A DNA stretch of 64,000 nucleotides from Clostridiaceae bacterium. GTDB taxonomy: Bacteria; Bacillota; Clostridia; Saccharofermentanales; UBA5734. Under the pieces are notes generated by a model. The model saw nothing but the letters and a program-made list of their open reading frames with translations. It was not told the origin of the DNA and did not search any database. Each line of letters begins with the position of its first letter. The first letter of the stretch is position 1. Position numbers and translations under genes: made by a program. The DNA lies in NCBI GenBank assembly GCA_012523135.1, contig JAAYJD010000058.1, positions 8,251 through 72,250 on the forward strand. The letters are read 5' to 3'. Of this stretch, positions 26,366-36,524 are shown one piece after another.

Positions 26366-27583
26366 TTATTCGGCGTAATGCTTGACCAGTTCGATGATCA
26401 TGCGCGTACAGAGCTCCATGCCTTCGGCTGTGATATGTTCGAAAACGCCGTGATAGGCGTATCCGCCGGTGCCCAGGTTCGGACAGGGCAATCCCTTATA
26501 GCTGAGCGTCGCCCCGTCCGTGCCGCCGCGCATGGGGATGATGATCGGCTCGATGCCCGCCCTGGCCATCGCCAGTTTGGCGCTGTCGATCAGGTGGGTG
26601 TGGTCCTTGATGATCTCGGCCATGTTCCGGTAGCGGTCCTTGATCTCCATCTGGATGGTCTGCGGGCCGTAGCGCGCGTTAAGGATCCTGACTGCGTGCT
26701 CCAGCGTCTTTTTGCGTGCTGTCAGCATGGCGGCGTCGTGGTCGCGCAAGCTGTAGGCCATCGACACCTGCTCTGGGGTCCCCTCCAGCCGGCGCAGGTA
26801 ATAGAAGCCCTCGTAGTTCTCCGTGTGGGCCGGTGTTTCGCAGCCGGGCAGCGAGCTGTTGAGCTCGCAGGCCACCAGCAGCGCGTTGACCATGATGTTC
26901 TTGGCCGTGCCGGGATGGACGGCCACGCCCCGGATCTCGAGCGTCGCCTCGGCGGCGTTGAAGTTCTCGTACTCCAGCTCGCCCTCCGGCCCGCCGTCCA
27001 GGGTATAGGCAAAATCGGCGCCAAAGCCGGCGACATCGAAGTTATCCGCACCGCGCCCGATTTCCTCGTCCGGGGTGAAGCCGACACAGATCCGGCCATG
27101 CGGGATCTTCTCGCGGTTGATCCGCTCGATCGCGGTCAGGATCTCGGCAATGCCCGCCTTGTCGTCCGCGCCCAGCAGGGTGGTCCCGTCTGTCGTGATC
27201 AGGGTTCTGCCCTCCAGAGAGGTCAAATGGGGGAAGCGTTCAACGGAAAGGACGTTCTGGCTGCCCGGCAGGACGACATCTAGGCCGTCATATGTCTCGA
27301 TGATCTGCGGCTTGACCTGGTCGCCGCGGGCATCCGGGCTGGTGTCCATGTGGGCGATAAAGCCGATTTTCGGCTTGCCCTCGTAGTCCTGTGTCGCCGG
27401 CAGGCAGCCATAGACATACCCGTGTTCGCTGATGCGGACCTGGCGCATGTTCAGGTCATTCATCTCGGCGGCCAGCAGACGGGCCAGATCCAGCTGGCAG
27501 CTGGTGCTGGGCCTGGTGTTCGATTTCTCATCGGACGCGGTCCGGATTTTGACGTACTTGATCAGGCGTTCATGAGCCTTCAT
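26366..27583 (-). CDS. pepT: Peptidase T (tripeptide aminopeptidase, M20B)
   Basis: 405 aa. N-terminal LIKYVKIRTASDE, HMDT, GADDKAG and TPDEEIG motifs. Confidence 0.9.
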   Translation of the reverse strand: MKAHERLIKYVKIRTASDEKSNTRPSTSCQLDLARLLAAEMNDLNMRQVRISEHGYVYGCLPATQDYEGKPKIGFIAHMDTSPDARGDQVKPQIIETYDGLDVVLPGSQNVLSVERFPHLTSLEGRTLITTDGTTLLGADDKAGIAEILTAIERINREKIPHGRICVGFTPDEEIGRGADNFDVAGFGADFAYTLDGGPEGELEYENFNAAEATLEIRGVAVHPGTAKNIMVNALLVACELNSSLPGCETPAHTENYEGFYYLRRLEGTPEQVSMAYSLRDHDAAMLTARKKTLEHAVRILNARYGPQTIQMEIKDRYRNMAEIIKDHTHLIDSAKLAMARAGIEPIIIPMRGGTDGATLSYKGLPCPNLGTGGYAYHGVFEHITAEGMELCTRMIIELVKHYAE

Positions 27584-27610
27584 CGCTGTTACCTGCCTTT
27601 ACAGATTGCA

Positions 27611-28243
27611 TCAGGCGAGCGGGTCGCTGATGAAATTGGTGACAACCCGCTTCTCTTGTTCCGGCCAGGGCACCTTGCCCCGCGCCTGGTCGATGCAGGC
27701 AAGCAGCCAGGCCATGTTGCGGCCCAGTGTGCGCATGACCTGCATCCCCTCCAGGTCCCGGCGCACCTCGTCCGGCGTCAAGCCGTGGGTGGCGTTCCAG
27801 TACTGCGAGGGCACCACCGGCATGCTGGCGATGGTGAAATACTTGTTCAGCCGGTCGAAAGCGGCGCTGGCCCCGCCCCGCCGGCAGTTGAGAACCGCCG
27901 CCGCCGGTTTGTAGGCATAAAGGCCGGACTTCATGTAGAACATCCGGTCGAGCAGCGCGCATACGGCGGCGTTGGGTCCGGCGTAATAGACGGGCGAACC
28001 GACGACGATCCCGTCGGCCCGGCTGGCGGCCTCGACGCAGGTGTTGACCGGGTCGTCGGTGAAGATGCAGCGTTTCGTCTTGGCACATTTGCCGCAGCCC
28101 AGACAGCCGCGGATCGGCCGGCTCCCGATCTGAATCGTCTCGACGGTTATGCCCCGTTCCTCGAGCGGACCTGCGACTTCGGCCAGTGCCGTGGCGGTGC
28201 AGCCCCCGGGGTTGGGACTGCCGTTGATCATCAAAACATGCAT
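27611..28243 (-). CDS. Flavodoxin-like NAD(P)H-dependent FMN reductase / iron-sulfur flavoprotein-like
   Basis: 210 aa. MHVLMINGSPNPGG, a compact Cys cluster (CLGCGKCAKTKRC) and GSPVYYAG. Confidence 0.8.
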   Translation of the reverse strand: MHVLMINGSPNPGGCTATALAEVAGPLEERGITVETIQIGSRPIRGCLGCGKCAKTKRCIFTDDPVNTCVEAASRADGIVVGSPVYYAGPNAAVCALLDRMFYMKSGLYAYKPAAAVLNCRRGGASAAFDRLNKYFTIASMPVVPSQYWNATHGLTPDEVRRDLEGMQVMRTLGRNMAWLLACIDQARGKVPWPEQEKRVVTNFISDPLA

Positions 28244-29082
28244 CAGGATGCTCCTTTCAAGCCGGCGTGCTCACTGAGCCAGCGGGCCACGCCATCTTCC
28301 GTGTTGCTGCCGATCAGGATGTCCGCCCGGTCTTTAACCTCGGGCAGGGCATTGGCGACAGCCAGGCAACGCTCGCAGCCGGCGAACAACGGCAAATCAT
28401 TGAGGTTGTCGCCAAAACACGTGACCGACGTATAGCCATAGGCCTGGCGCAGAAACTGCATCGCGTTCAGCTTCGAGGCGTTCAGGGCGCAGGCTTCCAG
28501 AAAATAATGGTCAGGCTGGTAGATATCGCGGTAGAACTCGACACGCAGCGAACCTGATGTGCGCAGGTCGCGGGCAAGCAGCTCCAGCTTCTCCGCGCGG
28601 TCGGACAACGAATAATAAACCACGGTCCTGTCCGCCAGGGCGTCGGCGAACCGGTCGACACGCTGGAAAACTTTACCGTAGCGTTGTTGCCGTTCCGCGA
28701 CAAAAGCGCGGGCAGCCGGGTTATCCAGCTGCTCGTAGAAAGTTTCCAACCGGTTGTTGTCGATCGTATAGACGAATCCGGACATCTGGCGGCGTTCCAG
28801 CGCATCGAACAGCACCGACCGGCCCTGCTCACCGATATCCTCGGCCTTGATGTAGCGGTCTGTCTTTAAATCGTAGACACAAGCCCCGTTCATCAGGATG
28901 ACCGGGGCGCTGATGGCCACACCGGCCAGAATTTGCCGGACCGTCGCCGCGGTTCGGGCCGTCGCGACACTGAAATGGATGTTTTCGTCCGCCAGACGGT
29001 TGAGCACCGACCGGGTAAAGTCGCTGACCGTCGCGTCAGGCTGCAATAAGGTGCCGTCCAGATCCGACAAATACAAGTGCAT
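28243..29082 (-). CDS. HAD-IIB (Cof-type) phosphatase
   Basis: 279 aa. DLDGTLL near the N-terminus and a C-terminal GDNLNDLPLF. It overlaps the next start by 1 nt (TGATG). Confidence 0.85.
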   Translation of the reverse strand: MHLYLSDLDGTLLQPDATVSDFTRSVLNRLADENIHFSVATARTAATVRQILAGVAISAPVILMNGACVYDLKTDRYIKAEDIGEQGRSVLFDALERRQMSGFVYTIDNNRLETFYEQLDNPAARAFVAERQQRYGKVFQRVDRFADALADRTVVYYSLSDRAEKLELLARDLRTSGSLRVEFYRDIYQPDHYFLEACALNASKLNAMQFLRQAYGYTSVTCFGDNLNDLPLFAGCERCLAVANALPEVKDRADILIGSNTEDGVARWLSEHAGLKGAS

Positions 29083-29152
29083 CGTTTCCTCCAGCGCGTC
29101 GCGCCGATTCTCGCTGCTTGTATTGTATCAGATTTTGCCTTGCGTAGACCGG

Positions 29153-29866
29153 TCAGGGCGCAAGCAAAGCCGCTATCTCGTTTTTCACGCTGGAAAAAGG
29201 CAGATTCTCAGCGAGGCAGAAATCCTTGACCGTCTGATTCGTGGCCGGCATCGCCTGTCCGAGCACCGATTCGACCTGTTCGCGGCTTAATCCGGCGTCG
29301 AGCAGATTCTGGAATGTGGTCTTGCCGTTGATCTGAAGCGCCGTGACAGGATGCGGGCTGACCGTTTCCACGGGCGGGCTGACCGAGCTGACATCCACCC
29401 GATGCGCATCCAGCCAGTCACGCTGTTCTTGTGTCAGGTCAGGGTTGGCACCAAGGATCAGGTCAACAGCCTGGTCCGGCAGCGCCGTGTCCTCCAGGGT
29501 GACAGGCAGCTGCTTGTAAAGGGCGACAAAAACCTGCACCGATTCATTGCCGATCTCGCGTTCGAGACCTGCATAGCGCGCCTCCAGATCCCGGGTCCGG
29601 TATTGGCTTGCATCCGTGTCGGCGGGCAGGGCAAAAGCCGACAGCAGCACCGGCTCGTCGATCGCGAACAGCCGGGCCACATCGGCCAGGGTGTACGAGC
29701 CGCGGATATCGGCCGGATTATACTGGCCGGCATAGGCGCCGCTCGTGTAGCGGGCCGGATTTTTCTGCGATGTTGTCGCCCAGACCCCGGTCCATTGCGC
29801 CAGCCCGATGCCGCCCAGCAGCACGGCGAAAACGACGACCGGAACGAACTTCTGACCAAGTCTCAT
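29153..29866 (-). CDS. Membrane-anchored hypothetical protein coupled to the polyferredoxin
   Basis: 237 aa with one N-terminal TM helix (FVPVVVFAVLLGGIGLAQW). Two similar segments, IRGSYTLADVARLF and INGKTTFQNLLDAGLS. ATGA overlap with the upstream gene. Confidence 0.6.
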   Translation of the reverse strand: MRLGQKFVPVVVFAVLLGGIGLAQWTGVWATTSQKNPARYTSGAYAGQYNPADIRGSYTLADVARLFAIDEPVLLSAFALPADTDASQYRTRDLEARYAGLEREIGNESVQVFVALYKQLPVTLEDTALPDQAVDLILGANPDLTQEQRDWLDAHRVDVSSVSPPVETVSPHPVTALQINGKTTFQNLLDAGLSREQVESVLGQAMPATNQTVKDFCLAENLPFSSVKNEIAALLAP

Positions 29867-30735
29867 AAGCTGCCTCCTGGCTGTCCGGACACGACCCGGG
29901 GGTTCGCCGCGCGGGTCTCAACCACGACTGTGTCCGGCACCGGACAGGCGCTTTCGGATGTGCAGGCATAGCAGCTGATGCACTGGTGGTCGGTAACCTT
30001 GTCAGCGGTCGAAACGGTAATGTTCATCGGGCAGGCGCGGTCGCAGCGCTTGCAGTCGATGCAGCTGGCCGCCTTACGGCGCACCTTGAACAAACTGATC
30101 TTGTTGAACAGGCCCAGCAGAGCCCCGTAGGGGCAGGCGTACTTGCACCAGGGTCTTTCAGTCAGCAGAGAACCGGCCAGGGTCAGGCCCAGGATCACGA
30201 GGGCGGCCGGGGCGACTTCGCCCGTCCAGAATTGGAACAAGGCGTAATAGGGGTCGATGTTGGCAAAAATAAGCGAGCCTGAGCGCGCGGTGACATAGAC
30301 CACCCAGATTAGCACCGCATAGCGGGCATAACGCAGCACGCGGTCGGTGCGGGGCAGCAGGATGCGATTATAGCGCCTGCCCAGCAGCTTGCGCCCGAGC
30401 TTACCGATCCATTCCTGGATCGAGCCGAGCGGACAGACCCAGCCGCAGAAGACCGGACCGAGCAGAACAGCCAGCACGAAGACCAGCGTCATCAGGACGA
30501 CTGAGGAGGCGTGGATTTTTTGCACGTAACGGCCCAGCGTCGCCAGGTTGTACAGCGTCACGACGCCGCCGAACGGGCAGACGGCGTGCAGCGACACATC
30601 CGGCAGAAAGGGCATGTCCATGCCGGCCTCAGCCAGGCCCTTGCCAACGGCCAGGATGGCGATCCAGGCAAAAAAGACGAGTTGGACCCACGTGCGCACC
30701 GGCCAGCCTTTTTTCAGGCTCTTTGCTGGCTTCAT
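29863..30735 (-). CDS. NapH/MauN-like membrane polyferredoxin (4Fe-4S binding)
   Basis: 290 aa with several TM helices. Motifs CPFG, CPLG and CKYACPYG, plus a C-terminal CIDCKRCDRACP and CISCYACTSESACP. Confidence 0.8.
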   Translation of the reverse strand: MKPAKSLKKGWPVRTWVQLVFFAWIAILAVGKGLAEAGMDMPFLPDVSLHAVCPFGGVVTLYNLATLGRYVQKIHASSVVLMTLVFVLAVLLGPVFCGWVCPLGSIQEWIGKLGRKLLGRRYNRILLPRTDRVLRYARYAVLIWVVYVTARSGSLIFANIDPYYALFQFWTGEVAPAALVILGLTLAGSLLTERPWCKYACPYGALLGLFNKISLFKVRRKAASCIDCKRCDRACPMNITVSTADKVTDHQCISCYACTSESACPVPDTVVVETRAANPRVVSGQPGGSL

Positions 30736-30878
30736 CTTCCTGTTCCCCGATTCTTCAGGATGCCGCCCAGGGCGGTCTCAAACCCAGTATAGGGCGCAGA
30801 TATGTGCAAATTGTGATGAATGCTTTCCTATCCGCGTGTTATCGCGTAAAATAGAGCACGGACCGGGAGGGATGTCAC

Positions 30879-31580
30879 ATGCTCGCTGTCAACGATGTCA
30901 CAAAATCCTACGGCAAGCTGCAAGCCAACAAGCACCTGACTTTGCAGGTTCAGCCAGGCGAGACCGCCGTGCTGCTGGGTCCGAACGGAGCTGGCAAGTC
31001 GACCTTGATCAAATGCATCACCGGGCTGCTGCGTTTCCAGGGTCACATCACGATCGGCGGTTACCCCAATAAGTCCCTGGATGCCAAGCGCCTGCTCGGC
31101 TATGTGCCGGAGGCGCCGGCGCTCTACGATCTGCTGACCGTATCGGAACATCTCGAATTCATCCGCCGGGCCTACCGCATGGACGATGACGGCGATACCC
31201 AGAACCTGCTCACCCGGTTTGAGCTGCTGGACAAGCAGAAAAAACTGGGCAAAGAGCTGTCCAAAGGCATGCAGCAGAAACTGTCGATCTGCTGCGCCCT
31301 GCTGCACCGCCCCCGGCTGGTCGTCTTCGACGAGCCGATGGTCGGGCTGGACCCGCACGCGATCAAGGAATTGAAGCGGTTGTTCGGGGAGCTCAAGGCG
31401 GCCGGCGCAGCCGTCCTGATCAGCACGCACATGCTCGACTCGGTCACGGATATCTGGGACACGGCGCACATCATGGTCGATGGCGCCATCGCCGCCAGCC
31501 GGACCCGCCTGGAAGAAGCCGGTCAGGACCAATCGCTTGAAGAGCTCTTTTTCAACATCACGGAAGGTCGGCAGCCATGA
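30879..31580 (+). CDS. ABC transporter ATP-binding protein
   Basis: 233 aa. Walker A GPNGAGKST, signature LSKGMQQK, Walker B VVFDEPMVGLD. Confidence 0.9.
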   Translation: MLAVNDVTKSYGKLQANKHLTLQVQPGETAVLLGPNGAGKSTLIKCITGLLRFQGHITIGGYPNKSLDAKRLLGYVPEAPALYDLLTVSEHLEFIRRAYRMDDDGDTQNLLTRFELLDKQKKLGKELSKGMQQKLSICCALLHRPRLVVFDEPMVGLDPHAIKELKRLFGELKAAGAAVLISTHMLDSVTDIWDTAHIMVDGAIAASRTRLEEAGQDQSLEELFFNITEGRQP

Positions 31581-33130
31581 AAAGCCCACTCACCTACCTG
31601 CTCCTGATGCGCTTGAAAAACCAGGTGCTGTCCTGGCTGAAGAGCCCGGCCAAGCTGATCTACCTGCTGTTCATCGCGGCCATGCTGGCGATGGTTGTTT
31701 TCAGCGGACAGGCGAACCCGGCCATGCCGCAGGACCGGCGGGATATCCACGAATTGACCGCGGGCCTGTTCGCCCTCTATTTGCTCCTGTACGTGCTGCT
31801 GGCCCAACGTGGTTTCGGCCAGGGCGCCAGCCTGTTCCGCCTGGCGGATGTCAACCTGATCTTTGCCGCCCCGTTCCGGCCCCGCTCCGTCCTGTTTTTC
31901 GGCCTGGTCCAGCAAATGGGGCAATCCTTGCTGCTGGGCGTGTTTTTGCTCTACCAGTTCGCCTGGATGCGCCAGCTCTATGGTGTCTCGCTGCCAACCC
32001 TGCTGGTTATCCTGCTCGGCTATGCCCTGACCGTTTTCAGCGCCCAGCTGACCGCCATGGTGCTCTACAGCCTGACCAGCGGCGATGACAAGCGCCATAC
32101 CGTGTTCAAGGTCGCTTTCTACGGTTTGCTCGTCGCATACGGCGGCTATGTGCTGACACGCCTGCTCGCCGATCCGGACCATGTCCTGGACGCGCTGGTC
32201 ACCGCCGGCAACAGCACCGTCACCCGCCTGGTCCCGGTCGCCGGCTGGGTCGGCGCCTTTGTCGCCGGCTTCGCGATGCAGGACCGCCTGCTGGCCGTAT
32301 CTGGCATCGCGGCCTGCCTGGCTTACCTGGTTCTGCTGGTCGTCACGGTGATGCGCGCCCGGCAGGATTTCTACGAGGATGTCCTGCTGACAACAGAAAG
32401 CAACCACAACGCGATCACGGCCAGGAAAGAAGGGCGGCTGGAAGACGCCGCGCCGCGCCGTGTCCGCCTGGGCCGCGTCGGACTGAACAAGGGCTCGGGC
32501 GCCGCCGCCTTCTATTACAAGCATGTCGTGGAAAACCGGCGCAGCCGCGTTTTGCTGCTGAGCGGCCAGTCGCTCGTCTTTATCGTCACGGTCCTGGCCG
32601 TTTCTTTTTTCATGCAGGATATCGGGCTGCTGGGCATGTTCGCCTTTTCTTCCTACATTCAGATCTTCTCGGTCGCGATGGGACGGCTCAACCGGGAGCT
32701 GCTCAAGCCCTACATCTACCTGGTGCCCGATCCGCCTTTCGCCAAGCTGCTGCACAGCCTGCGCGAAAGCCTGCGCAGCCATGTGACCGAAGCCGTCGTG
32801 CTGTTTGTCCCGCTCGCCTTGCTGCTTCGCATCAGCCCGCTCAACTGCGCGCTCTGCATCCTGGCCCGGGTTAGCTACGCCTACCTGTTTACATCAGGCA
32901 ATCTGCTGACCGAGCGGATCTTCGGCGCGGGCACCTCCAAGGTGCTGACCTTCTTTTTCTATTTCCTGATCCTGACGCTGCTGGCCCTGCCGGGCATCGT
33001 GCTGGCTATTATGGCCGGCACGGTAACCGGCGCGCTGCTGGCCCTGCTTGGCGCCAATATCCCGATGGCGCTGCTGGTGTTCTTCCTGTGCCGCAACATC
33101 CTGCAGACGGCTGAGTTCAACAACCGCTGA
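31577..33130 (+). CDS. Large polytopic permease (putative ABC exporter family)
   Basis: 517 aa with more than 10 hydrophobic segments. ATGA overlap with the ATPase gene. Confidence 0.65.
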   Translation: MKSPLTYLLLMRLKNQVLSWLKSPAKLIYLLFIAAMLAMVVFSGQANPAMPQDRRDIHELTAGLFALYLLLYVLLAQRGFGQGASLFRLADVNLIFAAPFRPRSVLFFGLVQQMGQSLLLGVFLLYQFAWMRQLYGVSLPTLLVILLGYALTVFSAQLTAMVLYSLTSGDDKRHTVFKVAFYGLLVAYGGYVLTRLLADPDHVLDALVTAGNSTVTRLVPVAGWVGAFVAGFAMQDRLLAVSGIAACLAYLVLLVVTVMRARQDFYEDVLLTTESNHNAITARKEGRLEDAAPRRVRLGRVGLNKGSGAAAFYYKHVVENRRSRVLLLSGQSLVFIVTVLAVSFFMQDIGLLGMFAFSSYIQIFSVAMGRLNRELLKPYIYLVPDPPFAKLLHSLRESLRSHVTEAVVLFVPLALLLRISPLNCALCILARVSYAYLFTSGNLLTERIFGAGTSKVLTFFFYFLILTLLALPGIVLAIMAGTVTGALLALLGANIPMALLVFFLCRNILQTAEFNNR

Positions 33131-33141
33131 AGATCCGCGTC

Positions 33142-33993
33142 CTAAAAGGGGATCTTGTCGGGGTCGGAGGCCTTGCCGCAGCAGTCCTTGAGGCCGGTGA
33201 TCCGGTCCATGTCTTCCTGCGACAACGCGAAATCAAAGAGTTCGGCGTTCTCCTTGATCCGGGACGGTGTCGTCGATTTGGGCAGGGGCAGAAAGCCCAT
33301 CTGCAAACTCCAGCGCAAGCTGACCTGGGCGACGGTCTTGCCGTACTTGGCCGCCATTTCCTGCATTAGGGGCACGCCAAAGATCTTACCTGTGCCGAGG
33401 GGGCTGTAAGCTTCCAGGAGGATGTTGTGCTTGCGGCTGGCGGCGACCGTCTCATCCTGGGTGTCGCCGGGACAGAGCCTGATCTGGTTGACCATCGGGA
33501 TAATCCGTGCAGTCTTTAAAAGCGCATCCAGGTGGTGCGGGCGGAAGTTGCTGATCCCGATCGCGCTGATGCGGCCGGCTTCGTAGAGCTCCTCGAAAGC
33601 CTTCCAGGTCGCCGCGTTGGCTTCTTGCCAGTTATCTCGGAACGGTGCCGGATTGGGCCAGTGGATCAGGTACAGGTCAAGCGTGTCCAGTCCGAGGCGC
33701 TGCATGGTCAGGTCGAAGGCCGCCAGCGTGCTTTCGTAACCATGGTCGGGGTTGCGCAGCTTGCTGGTCACGAAAATCTCCGACCGGTCGATGCCGCTGC
33801 CGCGAACCGCCCGGCCGACGCTCTCTTCGTTGCCGTAGGCGGCTGCCGTGTCGATATGGCGGTAACCCGCCTCCAGGGCCACCCGCACGGCTGTTTCAGC
33901 CTGCTCGCCATCCTGGGCCTGCCAGGTGCCAAACCCGACGCAGGGGATGGTGACGCCGTTGTGCAAGGTATAAGTGCTGTTTAATGACTGCAT
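33142..33993 (-). CDS. Aldo/keto reductase (2,5-diketo-D-gluconate reductase-like)
   Basis: 283 aa. Motifs GYRHIDTAAAYGNE, LDLYLIHWP and NQIRLCP. Confidence 0.9.
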   Translation of the reverse strand: MQSLNSTYTLHNGVTIPCVGFGTWQAQDGEQAETAVRVALEAGYRHIDTAAAYGNEESVGRAVRGSGIDRSEIFVTSKLRNPDHGYESTLAAFDLTMQRLGLDTLDLYLIHWPNPAPFRDNWQEANAATWKAFEELYEAGRISAIGISNFRPHHLDALLKTARIIPMVNQIRLCPGDTQDETVAASRKHNILLEAYSPLGTGKIFGVPLMQEMAAKYGKTVAQVSLRWSLQMGFLPLPKSTTPSRIKENAELFDFALSQEDMDRITGLKDCCGKASDPDKIPF

Positions 33994-34082
33994 GTTTTCG
34001 TCCTCCCGTCATACATATAAGCCAAGCTTACCATGCCGCGCCTCATGTCGCGGTGATACAGGATACGAACAAGTAAAAACAA

Positions 34083-35495
34083 TCAGACAGCTGTTTCGGC
34101 GGCCGGTACCGTTTCAATGACGCGCTTGTGGCGCCACTTGCCGCGCCGGTACCAGCCATATGTCAGGACTGCGCCCAGAACCCAGCTGGTCAGCAGGGAG
34201 AAGAAGAGCGCGTCCGGCGATCCGTTGGGCCATTCCGGGGAACGGGTCAGGAACGTCAGCAAATACGCAAGCGGCACGCGGAAAGCAACGGTTGTGAACA
34301 TGGAGATCCACATTGAGGGCATCGTATCGCCGGCACCGCGCATGATGCCGCCGAAAACCTGTGTGATGGACATGGCGATATACCCGGCTGCCAGGATGCG
34401 GATCTGGCGTTCCCCCAGGGCGACGATCGCCGGCGTGTCCGTGAACAGCTTGATCAGGCTGGCGCCGAAGAGCAGCAGCAGAACGGTCAGGAACGAGGAC
34501 AGACCGACGCTGAGCTTGACCGCCGCCCGCGTGCCCTGGTCGACGCGATCCATGCGCCGGGCCCCGATGTTCTGGCCGACATAGGTCATGATGGCCATGC
34601 CGAAGGTGAAATTGGGCATCATGGCAAAGCCGTCCACGCGCATCACGGCCATCGTCGTCGTGATCACCTGGTAGCCCATCGAATTGGTCAGCGCCTGGAC
34701 GACGACCATGGCCAGGGAGAAAATCGCCTGGGTCAGGCCGGCCGGCATGCCGATACGCAGCAGTTTGCGGATCAGGCCGCGATCCGGCTTCAGGCTGCGC
34801 CAGCGGATGATTACGATGTCCTTGATGCGCAGCAGATGCCAGACGCACAGGGCCGCTGCAACGGTCTGGGACAGCACGGTAGCCACGGCGGCACCCGCCA
34901 CGCCCCAGCCCAGGCCGGTGACAAACCAGATGTCCAGGATCGTATTCAGCGCCGTGGTGATCAAGAGGAAAATAAGCGGTGTGATCGAGTCGCCCAGGCC
35001 GCGCAGGATGCTGGCGATGATGTTGTACAGCCCGAAGCTGATGCAGCCGATAAAGATGAGCTGCAGATAAGCCAATGACGTGTCGAAAATCTCAGGCGGC
35101 GTGTCAAGCAGCACCAGGATCGGCCGGGCCAGGATCAGGGCGGCTGCCGTCATCAGGACGGAGGACAGGCCGATCAGCAGCAGTGCGTTGCCGATCGTGC
35201 GATCCAGGCGTTTCCAGTCACGGGCCCCGAAATACTGGGAGACCAGGATGCCGGCCCCGGTCGAGACGGCCATGAACAGGACCAGCAGCAGGTTGATGAT
35301 CGGCATGACGGCGCCGATGGCGGCCAGGGCCGTATCGCCGACATATTTGCCGACGATGATCGAGTCAACCGTGCTGTAAAGCTGCTGGGCGACATTGCCG
35401 ATCAAGAGCGGCACGGAAAATTTAAGAAGATTGACCATCGGGGACCCCGTTGTCAGATCCTGGGCCCCAAAGATGGTCTTCAGTTTTTTGAACAT
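34083..35495 (-). CDS. MATE family efflux transporter
   Basis: Start chosen at 35495 (MFKKLKTIFG; TGGAG 8 nt upstream). 12 TM, with a typical MATE N-terminus (LLKFSVPLLIGNVAQQLYSTVDSIIVG). Confidence 0.88.
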   Translation of the reverse strand: MFKKLKTIFGAQDLTTGSPMVNLLKFSVPLLIGNVAQQLYSTVDSIIVGKYVGDTALAAIGAVMPIINLLLVLFMAVSTGAGILVSQYFGARDWKRLDRTIGNALLLIGLSSVLMTAAALILARPILVLLDTPPEIFDTSLAYLQLIFIGCISFGLYNIIASILRGLGDSITPLIFLLITTALNTILDIWFVTGLGWGVAGAAVATVLSQTVAAALCVWHLLRIKDIVIIRWRSLKPDRGLIRKLLRIGMPAGLTQAIFSLAMVVVQALTNSMGYQVITTTMAVMRVDGFAMMPNFTFGMAIMTYVGQNIGARRMDRVDQGTRAAVKLSVGLSSFLTVLLLLFGASLIKLFTDTPAIVALGERQIRILAAGYIAMSITQVFGGIMRGAGDTMPSMWISMFTTVAFRVPLAYLLTFLTRSPEWPNGSPDALFFSLLTSWVLGAVLTYGWYRRGKWRHKRVIETVPAAETAV

Positions 35496-35545
35496 GCACG
35501 GCTCCATTCATCGTATCAATGCGGTTGCCCAACGGCACCGTGCCT

Positions 35546-35574
35546 ATCATAGTTCAAATGAGACCGTTCGGCAA
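35546..35574 (-). promoter_or_regulatory. Sigma-A-type promoter of the MATE gene
   Basis: On the minus strand: TTGCCG (35574-35569), 17 nt, TATGAT (35551-35546). Confidence 0.5.
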
Positions 35575-35582
35575 TCCTGATG

Positions 35583-36464
35583 TCATTTCAGGCTGAGCAA
35601 GACCGCTCCGACCAGACCGAGCGCAAAAGCCACCACACCGGATGGCCGGACTTTATCTTTGTAGACAATCAGCGAAAACAGCCAGAGGATCATCAGCAGG
35701 CCACCGGCATTGAGGGGAAAAACCACCACCGCCGGCACGGTACGCAGCGCCAGCAGCTGGAACAGATTGCCGCCGCCGGTGGCCACGCCGACCCCCAGGG
35801 CGCAGAGGCCGAGCCACTTGGGATCGGCTGTCCAGGTCGAGAAGTCCTGCTTTCGGAGCAGCAGAATCGCGACGATCAGCCAGGAAATGGCCGCGACGGT
35901 GAGAAAGCCCCAGAACGTAAACGCGGCGGAATCCGCCTCCGGAAAATACCAGGAAAGGGAGCGCTTCAGGATCGTCAGGACGCCGTTGCAGAGCGTTGTC
36001 GCCAGCGTCAGCAAGAACCAGCGCAGTGTCAGGGCCTGCCGGTTCTGCTGCAGCTTCTTGTCACGCGGAGCCGACAGAACCGTCACCGCCAGCATGCAGG
36101 CGATGCCGATCAGCTTGGTCGGCGTGACGGTCTCGTCGAAAAACAAGATGCTGTAGACGACCGGGAAGATCATGTAGATGTTGTTGAGCAGGATGGTCGC
36201 ACCCATCGGCCCCGCGGCCAGGGCGGCCTGCAGCGTGACGATCGTCAGGATGTAAACCACGCCGAAGACGCCGGCCAGTACCAAAACGGGACCATCCAGC
36301 GGGCGGGCCCGGCCGGCCAGGGCCAGGATCAGGGCCACGATCGACATCGCCAGGGCGTCGAGCAGAATGATTCCGGCCAGCCGGCTGGGAAAGCGGCGGG
36401 CAAAAGTCTTGTTGGTGATGTTCTGCAGGCTGTACAGCAGCAGAGAGAGGATCTGGTAACCCAA
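35583..36464 (-). CDS. DMT superfamily membrane transporter (EamA/sugar-transport-like)
   Basis: 293 aa, about 10 TM. Apparent TTG start with GAGG 6 nt upstream. It is the last gene of the Gfo-TIM-DMT operon. Confidence 0.7.
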   Translation of the reverse strand: MGYQILSLLLYSLQNITNKTFARRFPSRLAGIILLDALAMSIVALILALAGRARPLDGPVLVLAGVFGVVYILTIVTLQAALAAGPMGATILLNNIYMIFPVVYSILFFDETVTPTKLIGIACMLAVTVLSAPRDKKLQQNRQALTLRWFLLTLATTLCNGVLTILKRSLSWYFPEADSAAFTFWGFLTVAAISWLIVAILLLRKQDFSTWTADPKWLGLCALGVGVATGGGNLFQLLALRTVPAVVVFPLNAGGLLMILWLFSLIVYKDKVRPSGVVAFALGLVGAVLLSLK

Positions 36465-36524
36465 GCGTTTCGCCTCGCAATCCTTCAGCCAGCCCGGCTG
36501 GCCGGATCAGAATCAGGTCGATAC

